Positions 56,978 through 64,000 of a stretch of 64,000 nt of DNA are shown one piece after another (the stretch's first letter is position 1; every line of letters starts with the position of its first letter). The translations under genes and the position numbers were made by a program. The notes beneath the pieces are model-generated. The model was not told the origin of the DNA and searched no databases. It saw nothing but the letters and a program-made list of their open reading frames with translations. Location of the stretch: assembly GCA_963727505.1 (NCBI GenBank), contig CAVSGP010000004.1, positions 256,001 to 320,000 on the forward strand. Reading direction: 5' to 3'. The DNA comes from an uncultured Trueperaceae bacterium. GTDB taxonomy: Bacteria > Deinococcota > Deinococci > Deinococcales > Trueperaceae.

Positions 56978-57717
56978 TGGAACGGGCCCCCGGCCCGCGC
57001 CGCTGGCTGCTCGGCCTCCCGGTGGACGCGCTCACGCTCCCCGAGGCCGCGACCTGGGTGCTGGACGCCGCGCACGGCGACCGTCCCCGGCTGGTGGTGA
57101 CCCTCAACCCCGAGATCGTGGTCGGCGCGCACGACGATCCGCGGCTCTTCGAGGCGCTCCGCGGCGCCGACCTCAGCGTGGCCGACGGCGTCGGCGTCGC
57201 CTGGGCGGCGCGCCGTCAAGGGGAGCGCCTGCCTGGGCGCGTGCCCGGCGTCGATCTCGTCGTCGAGGTGCTGCGCACGGCCGGGCCGGAGCTGAGCGTG
57301 TTCCTGCTCGGCGGTCGTCCCGGCGTAGCGGAGCGGGCGGCGTCCGCCGTGGTGCGCCGCTACGGCACTCGGGTCGTCGGCGTGCGCCACGGCTACTTCC
57401 GGCGTCCCGAGGAGGTCCCCGAGGTCTGCCGCGAGGTCGCGGCGAGCGGTTGCCAACTGCTGCTGGCCGGGCTCGGCGCGGGCCAGGAACGCTTCCTGTG
57501 GGAGAACGCTGCCGAGCTCGGCGCGCCGGTGTCGATCGGGGTGGGCGGCACCCTCGACGTGCTCGCCGGCGAGGTGCAGCGCATGCCCGCCTGGAGCAGC
57601 CGGCTCGGCGTGGAGTGGCTGCTCCGGGTCGGGCTCGACGCCAAGCGCTGGCGACGCGTACCCCGGCTCCTGCGGTTCACCTGGATGGTGCTGCGGCGCA
57701 ACGACACGCGCCCCTGA
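56977..57717 (+). CDS. WecB/TagA/CpsF family glycosyltransferase
   Basis: VTLNPE, ADGVGV, RVPGVDL, HGYF, GVGGTLD, EWLLR. Confidence 0.92.
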   Translation: MERAPGPRRWLLGLPVDALTLPEAATWVLDAAHGDRPRLVVTLNPEIVVGAHDDPRLFEALRGADLSVADGVGVAWAARRQGERLPGRVPGVDLVVEVLRTAGPELSVFLLGGRPGVAERAASAVVRRYGTRVVGVRHGYFRRPEEVPEVCREVAASGCQLLLAGLGAGQERFLWENAAELGAPVSIGVGGTLDVLAGEVQRMPAWSSRLGVEWLLRVGLDAKRWRRVPRLLRFTWMVLRRNDTRP

Positions 57718-57726
57718 AGGCGCCCT

Positions 57727-59190
57727 TCAGACCGGCGCTACCTCGACCGGCCGCTCGTTCTCCGCGTCCAGGCCGTCCTTCTCTGCTTCCTCACCGGGGT
57801 GCCCGGCCGGATAGCGGCCGTCGAAGCACGCTAGGCAGGTCCTGTCGAGCGCGATGGCGCGCGCCAACCCAGGTTCCGACAGGAAGTGCAGGGTGTCGGC
57901 GCCGATGCGCCGGCGGATCTCGTCGACGCTCATCGTGGCCGCGGCCAGCTCCTTGCGGGCGGCGGTGTCGATGCCGTAGTAGCAGGGGAAACGGATGGGC
58001 GGGCTCGATACGCGGAAGTGGACCTCCGTCGCGCCCGCCTCCCGGAGCAGCTGCACGATGCGGCCCGAGGTGGTACCCCGAACGATCGAGTCATCGACGA
58101 GGACGACCCGCTTGCCACGCACCGCAGGCGTCGGAGCAAGCTTCAGTTTCACCTTCTGGTCACGCAAACGCTGGTTGGGGTGGATGAACGTGCGCCCCGC
58201 GTAGGGCGACTTGTAAAGCCCCATGTCGTAAGGGATGCCGGAGGCGCGCGCGTAACCGATGGCGGCGGCCAGCCCCGACTCGGGCACGCCCACCACCACG
58301 TCGGCCGAGACCGGGTCCTCCGCGGCCAGCACCTCTCCCATGCGGATGCGCGATGCATGCACCTCGACGCCGTCGAGAACGGAGTCCCCGCGCGCGAAAT
58401 AGATCCACTCGAAGGCGCAGGGCGTGGGCTTGGGGGAGAGTACCTGATAGCTGTGCAGCCCCTCGTCGTCGGCCATCACCAGCTCGCCCGGCCGGACGTC
58501 GCGCAGGAACGTGGCGCCCATCACGTGCAGCGCCGACGGCTCGGAAGCGAGCACGTAACCCCCGTCGATCTCGCCGATGACCAGGGGCCGCACGCCGTTG
58601 GCGTCGCGCAGCCCGAGGATGCGGTGGCGGTCCATGAGCACGACCGCGAAGCCGCCCTCGAGTTCGCCCATCACCTGCGCGGTGGCGTCGCGCAGGCTGA
58701 GATGGCTGTAGCGGGCGATGAGGTTGATCATCACCTCGCTGTCGTTGGTGGTCTGGAAGACCGCACCCTCGTCGAGCATGCGCGCGCGCATCGACTTGGC
58801 GTTGGTGAAGTTGCCGTTGTGCGCCAGCGCCAGCAGACCCTTGTTGGAGCGCACCGTGATGGGCTGGGCGTTGAAGCGCAGGCTCGAGCCCGTCGTCGAG
58901 TAGCGGGTGTGGGCGATGCCGGTGCGCGCGCCGGCGAAGCGAAGCCTCTCGAGGCGGTCCTCGGTGAACACGGCGCTGACCAGCCCCATGTCCTTCTCGA
59001 TGCGGATCTCGTCGTCCGACGCCACGCAGATGCCGCACGACTCCTGCCCGCGATGTTGGAGCGCGAACAGGCCGATGTGAAGCAGTGACGCCATGTCGCT
59101 CGCCTGCGGCAGGTGCGCCGCCACCACGCCGCACTCCTCGTGCAGCTTGTCCTCGCCAAGGATGTCCCAGGGGGTGCCGTCCATCGCCAT
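57727..59190 (-). CDS. purF: Amidophosphoribosyltransferase
   Basis: EECG, LQHRGQE, HTRYST, VDDSIVRGTT, CYYGID. Confidence 0.97.
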   Translation of the reverse strand: MAMDGTPWDILGEDKLHEECGVVAAHLPQASDMASLLHIGLFALQHRGQESCGICVASDDEIRIEKDMGLVSAVFTEDRLERLRFAGARTGIAHTRYSTTGSSLRFNAQPITVRSNKGLLALAHNGNFTNAKSMRARMLDEGAVFQTTNDSEVMINLIARYSHLSLRDATAQVMGELEGGFAVVLMDRHRILGLRDANGVRPLVIGEIDGGYVLASEPSALHVMGATFLRDVRPGELVMADDEGLHSYQVLSPKPTPCAFEWIYFARGDSVLDGVEVHASRIRMGEVLAAEDPVSADVVVGVPESGLAAAIGYARASGIPYDMGLYKSPYAGRTFIHPNQRLRDQKVKLKLAPTPAVRGKRVVLVDDSIVRGTTSGRIVQLLREAGATEVHFRVSSPPIRFPCYYGIDTAARKELAAATMSVDEIRRRIGADTLHFLSEPGLARAIALDRTCLACFDGRYPAGHPGEEAEKDGLDAENERPVEVAPV

Positions 59191-61412
59191 CAGCGTAGCG
59201 CCTCCGCCAGGGGTCTGTGGTAAGCCGTCCGAAGGTTCGTCAGGGGCACGGCGAACGCCCCGCGGACGGTGCGCATGCGGACGTCCTGACCTTCGCTGGT
59301 CCCCAGCCGGTGGCAGGGAACGCCCGCCTCCGCGCAGCGCCTCTGCGCCTCGACGACCCGCTCCTCGCCCTGCAGCGCCAGCACGATGCGCGCCGCGCCC
59401 TCCCCGAAGAGGACGGCGTCGTCGGACGCCCCCGAAACGCCGGGCAGGGTCGCGTCGAGGCCGAACGCACCGGTGATCGCCATCTCAGCCAGCGCCACCG
59501 CCAGCCCGCCTTCGGAGACGTCGTGCGCGGTGTCGCACAGGCCCTCCTGGATCAGGGAACGCACCACGCTCTGCACCGCCACCTCCCGCTCGAGGTCGAG
59601 CGGCGGTGGAGCGCCGGCGACGGTGCCGTGCAGCCGCGCCAGCATCTCGCTCGCGCCCAGCGAGCCGGCAGCCTCGCCGACGAGCAGCAGAACGTCGCCT
59701 GTTCGCTTGAGAGCCATGTCGGCGCGGTGCCCGACGTCCGGCAGCACCCCGACCATCCCGACCGTGGGCGTCGGGTCGATGGCGTGGTAGCCGTCCTCGG
59801 AGCGGTACTGGTTGTAGAGGCTGACGTTGCCGCCGGTCACCGGCGTTCCCAGCGCCAGGCAGGCCTCCTTCAGGCCTTCAACCGCCTGCTCGAGCTGGTA
59901 GTAGACCTCGGGGAGGTAGGGGTTGCCGAAGTTGAGGTTGTCCGTCACGCCGAGCGGCGTGGCGCCCACGCAGGTGAGGTTGCGAGCGGCCTCGGCAACG
60001 GCGTGGGCTGCCCCCAGCCGCGGATCGAGGCGCACGTAGCGGGCATTGCAGTCCACCGTCGCCGCCACACCCAACGGGCTCCCCTTGACCCGCAGGACCG
60101 CCGCGTCACCGCGACCGGGCAGCACCACGGTGTTGGTCATGACCTGGTGGTCGTACTGCCGGAACACCGCTTCCTTGCTGGCGATGGTGGGGCTCTCGAG
60201 GAGCGTGAGCAGGGCGCCAGCAGGGTCGGGCGTATCGGAGACATCCACGTTGCGCGCGCGCAGGGCCACGGTCTCGGCCGCCTCCACGCCCTCCCGGGTA
60301 TAGGTGGGGGGCTCGTTGAGCGCCGCCACCGGCAGATCGCCGATGAGCCGCCGGCCGTCGTACAGCCGCAGGCGCCCGTGGTCGCGCACCACGCCGATGG
60401 CATGGGCATCGAGCTCCCACCGTTCCAGAAGCTCCAGCAACTCCTCCTCGCGCCCCGGCGTGGCGGTCAGCAGCATGCGCTCCTGCGACTCCGAGAGCAT
60501 CACCTCGAGCGCGCTCATGCCGTCCTCGCGACGTGGCACCCGGTCGAGGTCGAGGTCCACGCCGAGCCCGGCCCGGTGCGCCATCTCGGCCACGCTGCTG
60601 CTCAGCCCTGCCGCGCCCATGTCCTGCACGCCGGCGACGAGCCCGCGAGCGTACGCCTCCAGGCAGGCTTCGAGCAGCAGCTTCTCCATGAAAGGGTCGC
60701 CGACCTGCACGGCCGGTCGGTCCGCATCGGAGGCCTGGCTCAGGTCGGCCGATGCGAACACAGCGCCACCGAGCCCGTCCCGCCCGGTCTTCGACCCCAC
60801 GTAGATGATGCTGTTGCCAACCGCGCCCACCGTGCCCCGCTTGAGCTCGTCATGACGCAGGTACCCGAGCGCCATGACGTTGACCAGCGGATTCTCCTGG
60901 TAGCAGGCGTCGAACGCGATCTCGCCGCCGACAGTGGGGACGCCGATGGCGTTGCCGTACAGGGAGATGCCCTGCACCACCCCCGCCAGCAAGTAGCGGT
61001 TGCGCGCCTCGCTGAGGTCACCGAAGCGCAAGGAGTCGAGCACCGCCACCGGCCGCGCGCCCATGGCGAAGATGTCGCGCAGGATGCCTCCCACGCCGGT
61101 GGCCGCGCCCTGCACCGGCTCGACCGCGCTGGGATGGTTGTGGCTCTCCATCTTGAACGCCACCGCCCAGCCGTCGCCGATGTCGACGACGCCGGCGTTC
61201 TCCCCGGGCCCCTGGAGAACCTGCGCACCGGTGGTCGGCAGGCGTTTCAGGAGCGGACGCGAGTTCTTGTAGCCGCAGTGCTCGCTCCACAACGCACCGA
61301 ACACGCCTGCCTCGAGCGCGTTGGGCTCGCGACCCAGTCGCTCGACGACGTCGTCGAACTCGACGTCGCTGAGCCCGAAGGTGGCCGCCGACGCGCGCAG
61401 GCTCGCGCTCAT
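59190..61412 (-). CDS. purL: Phosphoribosylformylglycinamidine synthase subunit PurL
   Basis: [34 protein letters not shown]. Confidence 0.97.
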   Translation of the reverse strand: MSASLRASAATFGLSDVEFDDVVERLGREPNALEAGVFGALWSEHCGYKNSRPLLKRLPTTGAQVLQGPGENAGVVDIGDGWAVAFKMESHNHPSAVEPVQGAATGVGGILRDIFAMGARPVAVLDSLRFGDLSEARNRYLLAGVVQGISLYGNAIGVPTVGGEIAFDACYQENPLVNVMALGYLRHDELKRGTVGAVGNSIIYVGSKTGRDGLGGAVFASADLSQASDADRPAVQVGDPFMEKLLLEACLEAYARGLVAGVQDMGAAGLSSSVAEMAHRAGLGVDLDLDRVPRREDGMSALEVMLSESQERMLLTATPGREEELLELLERWELDAHAIGVVRDHGRLRLYDGRRLIGDLPVAALNEPPTYTREGVEAAETVALRARNVDVSDTPDPAGALLTLLESPTIASKEAVFRQYDHQVMTNTVVLPGRGDAAVLRVKGSPLGVAATVDCNARYVRLDPRLGAAHAVAEAARNLTCVGATPLGVTDNLNFGNPYLPEVYYQLEQAVEGLKEACLALGTPVTGGNVSLYNQYRSEDGYHAIDPTPTVGMVGVLPDVGHRADMALKRTGDVLLLVGEAAGSLGASEMLARLHGTVAGAPPPLDLEREVAVQSVVRSLIQEGLCDTAHDVSEGGLAVALAEMAITGAFGLDATLPGVSGASDDAVLFGEGAARIVLALQGEERVVEAQRRCAEAGVPCHRLGTSEGQDVRMRTVRGAFAVPLTNLRTAYHRPLAEALR

Positions 61413-61455
61413 CGTCCGCTCCGTCGCCACGCACGCCGCGCGCGAAAACATCCGC

Positions 61456-62163
61456 TCATGCGCGCGCCGCCCCGTCGTGCAGGTGCTCCAGCATGCCGCG
61501 AAGCAGCTCCGCGCCATCGACCGAGCCGAGCAGCGGCTCGACCGCGCGCTCCGGGTGAGGCATCATGCCGAGCACGTTGCCGCGCTCGTTGACCACGCCG
61601 GCGATCGCGTTCACGCTGCCGTTGGCGTTGGCCTCGGGCGTGGCGCGGCCCTGTGGGTCGACGTAGCGGAAGACCACTCGCCCGTCACCTTCGAGGCGCT
61701 CGAGAGTGGAATCGTCGACGTAGAAGCGCCCTTCGTTGTGCGCGATGGGGAGACGGAGCACCTGGCCGCGCTCGAAGCGGCGGGTGAAGAGCAGGTCGTC
61801 GCGCTCGACGCGGAGGTGCACGTCCCGGCACAGGAAATGGAGCGAGGGGTTGCGCGCGAGCTGACCCGGCAACAGGGCCGCCTCGGTGAGGATCTGCCAG
61901 CCGTTGCAGATCCCCAGGACGGGGCCGCCCCGCCGCGCGAAGCCGCGTACGGCCTCCATCACCGGGCTGAGCGCCGCCAGAGCGCCGCCGCGAAGGTAGT
62001 CGCCATAGCTGAAGCCGCCCGGCAACACCACGGCGTCGGCGCGGCCCAGAGAGGTGTCCCGGTGCCACACGAAGCGCACCGGAGATCCGAGAACGAACTC
62101 GAACGCGTGCCGGGCGTCGTCGTCACAGTTGCTACCTGGGAAACGGACAACGGCGATGGTCAT
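61456..62163 (-). CDS. purQ: Phosphoribosylformylglycinamidine synthase subunit PurQ
   Basis: [29 protein letters not shown]. Confidence 0.97.
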   Translation of the reverse strand: MTIAVVRFPGSNCDDDARHAFEFVLGSPVRFVWHRDTSLGRADAVVLPGGFSYGDYLRGGALAALSPVMEAVRGFARRGGPVLGICNGWQILTEAALLPGQLARNPSLHFLCRDVHLRVERDDLLFTRRFERGQVLRLPIAHNEGRFYVDDSTLERLEGDGRVVFRYVDPQGRATPEANANGSVNAIAGVVNERGNVLGMMPHPERAVEPLLGSVDGAELLRGMLEHLHDGAARA

Positions 62164-62296
62164 GGTAATCCTGGGGGCGCACGGCGCCCGCCAGCTGCAG
62201 CCGGCGACCCTGCGACGCGCGTACTGTACCACCGGCCGCTAGAGAGGGGTGGGCGCGACGCGTGAGCCTGCTTGGGGCGCTCAAAAGGAGGGATTC

Positions 62297-62557
62297 ATGT
62301 CGCTGCTCCGCACGGTCGCCAGTCTGCCGCACCTGGTGCCGCTCCGCCGCATCGCCCAGGACTACCCCTGGATCCACACCGGTCTGGGCCTGGTCGGGAA
62401 CACCACCTTCTTCGTAGGGAGCATCTTCTTCCTGTTCGCGGGCCTCAAGGAAGCCGGCACCTGGCTGTTCATCACCGGCAGCCTGGGCATGCTGATCGAC
62501 AGCGTGGGCGAGGCGCTCCTGCGTGTCGAGGGCTACGCCGACCTGGCGGAGCGCTGA
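62297..62557 (+). CDS. YrhK-like small membrane protein
   Basis: FFVGSIFFL..AGTWLFITGS; AAGGAGG RBS. Confidence 0.75.
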   Translation: MSLLRTVASLPHLVPLRRIAQDYPWIHTGLGLVGNTTFFVGSIFFLFAGLKEAGTWLFITGSLGMLIDSVGEALLRVEGYADLAER

Positions 62558-62672
62558 CCCCCGGAGCGCAGAATCCGGAACTCCCGGTCCGTCGCAGGCT
62601 CTCGCAGGCCCTTGCCGGACACGGGCCCCTACCGTTACGCTTGGATGCGGGCGGCGTGAGCCGCCTGTCCGG

Positions 62673-62757
62673 GCCGAGATGGCGGAATCGGTAGACGCAG
62701 TAGACTCAAAATCTACCGGGGCAACCCGTGCGGGTTCGAGTCCCGCTCTCGGCACCA
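62673..62757 (+). tRNA. tRNA-Leu (anticodon CAA)
   Basis: GCCGAGA/TCTCGGC acceptor stem, GTAGA-CTCAAAA-TCTAC anticodon arm, long variable arm, GTTCGAG, encoded CCA. Confidence 0.97.
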
Positions 62758-62840
62758 CCTTGCCGTAGGATCGGCGTGAGAGTTCGGCGCGAGAGATCGG
62801 CGGGCGCACCTGTCCGCTTCCCGTTCGCCGCGGAGGAAGC

Positions 62841-63077
62841 ATGTTCTGGATTGCCTTCATACTGTTCGTCATCGACTCGGTCCTGGTGACCGTCGTCATC
62901 CTCATGCAGGAGCCCAAGCAGTCGGGGCTCGGTGACGCCCTGGGGGGCGGCGGCGGGGGAGGCGGCGACTTCGGGACGATGGGTGGCACCGCCGGCGGCC
63001 TGCACCGGCTCACCATCTGGCTCGGCACCGTCTGGGGCGTGCTGGCGCTGGCGCTGCAGGTCATCCCCAGGGCCTGA
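62841..63077 (+). CDS. secG: Preprotein translocase subunit SecG
   Basis: Two hydrophobic segments, ILMQEPK..GL, Gly-rich loop, L.RLT. Confidence 0.92.
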   Translation: MFWIAFILFVIDSVLVTVVILMQEPKQSGLGDALGGGGGGGGDFGTMGGTAGGLHRLTIWLGTVWGVLALALQVIPRA

Positions 63078-63239
63078 CGAGAGCACCGGGGGTGCCGCGT
63101 CCTTGCGCTGCATGAGAGATCCTCTTGATGCAGAGCATGACAGCGGGTAGGCTTGCTGACGTAGTTCCAACGGATGAGCAGGCTCCCTGCGGGTGTTCCC
63201 GCGGTCCAGCCATTCGCATGTCCCCGAGGAGGTATGTCA

Positions 63240-64000
63240 GTGAAGCGAACTCTGTTGTTCGTCGTTGCGGCAGCGCTTCTGGCCGTGGCCACCGCGCAGG
63301 TGGAAACGTTCACCTGGCCGAAGGATTACGCGCCGACGCTGAAGAGCGGCGGTACCGTCAACGAAACATTGTTCGGCGATATCACCACCCTGAACCCCGT
63401 CCTCACCTCGAGCGCCAACGAAGCGGCGATCATCGGCATGTACGCCGGGCCGGCCGCCATCTATCGCGACTGGGTCGGGAACCGCTCCTTCCAGAAGGCT
63501 GACGGCAGCTACAACATGCAGTGGGCCAAGGACATCCAGGTCCTCAAGAAGGACCAGCAGTTCATCGTCACGGTGCGCAAGGGCTGGAAGTGGTCCGACG
63601 GCGTCGAGATGACCACCGACGACGTCAAGGCGACCTGGGACATCGTGGGCGACCCCAAGGTGGAGTCGAACAACTACTCCTGCTCGGTGGTGGGCGACAA
63701 GAAGGTCGACCTCAAGATCCTGGGCAAGTACCAGTACGAGATCACGCTGCCCGAGCCGCAGGTCAACGCGCTGGCCAACAACGACTGCGTGACGCTGAAC
63801 GGCCTGATCCCGGCCCATATCTTCATGCCCGTGTACAAGGCCAAGGGCGCCGACGGCGTCAAGGCGCTGTGGGGCGTCGACGCCGACGTGAGCAAGATCG
63901 TATCGGGCGGCCCCTACATGCTGAAGGAGTTCCGGGCCGGTGAACGCGTGGTCCTGGTGCGCAACCCGCAATACGCCGAGCAGGTCAAGGCCGCCGACGG
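63240..64000 (+). CDS. Peptide ABC transporter substrate-binding protein, family 5 (3'-truncated)
   Basis: GAGGAGG RBS; MKRTLLFVVAAALLAVATAQ signal; GG...DITTLNP; KWSDG..TTDDV; GGPY; frame open to the window end; TTGATG-17-TAGGCT upstream. Confidence 0.9.
   Translation, partial: MKRTLLFVVAAALLAVATAQVETFTWPKDYAPTLKSGGTVNETLFGDITTLNPVLTSSANEAAIIGMYAGPAAIYRDWVGNRSFQKADGSYNMQWAKDIQVLKKDQQFIVTVRKGWKWSDGVEMTTDDVKATWDIVGDPKVESNNYSCSVVGDKKVDLKILGKYQYEITLPEPQVNALANNDCVTLNGLIPAHIFMPVYKAKGADGVKALWGVDADVSKIVSGGPYMLKEFRAGERVVLVRNPQYAEQVKAAD

Noticed and set aside
62673..64000. tRNA-Leu as an integration site for an island or prophage
   Set aside because: Followed by secG and an ABC binding protein; no integrase or duplicated tRNA 3' end seen

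Overview
High-GC bacterial chromosomal window, mostly housekeeping. The gene content points to phylum Deinococcota, probably a Truepera-like lineage (inference): a LysW-dependent alpha-aminoadipate lysine operon, bshC, a T-box-controlled type II ileS and several apparently leaderless genes. In order: clpX (partial), Rrf2/cysteine desulfurase, pseudo-receiver, LysM-M23 peptidase, rho, T-box-ileS, gap-pgk, RLAN plus RimK-like ATP-grasp converging on a GNAT/C39-like peptidase fusion, acyl-CoA dehydrogenases/etfBA, aspartate kinase, FNR, a branched-chain amino acid-type ABC system, glnA, ruvC, a frameshifted large GH13 gene, a three-gene secreted module, the lys operon with inserted YcaQ-like and GNAT genes, a SagB-like gene, mutY, guaB, bshC, comB, tagA-like, purQLF, tRNA-Leu(CAA), secG and a partial peptide-binding protein. 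No mobile elements or CRISPR arrays were seen. Best candidates for undescribed systems: (1) the 35.3-37.7 kb operon, a lipoprotein with Ig-like and cohesin-like domains, a secreted beta-rich protein, and a degenerate metzincin carrying a dockerin; (2) the 12.8-15.5 kb ligase/acetyltransferase/peptidase module. All domain calls come from motif reading by eye, without database searches.
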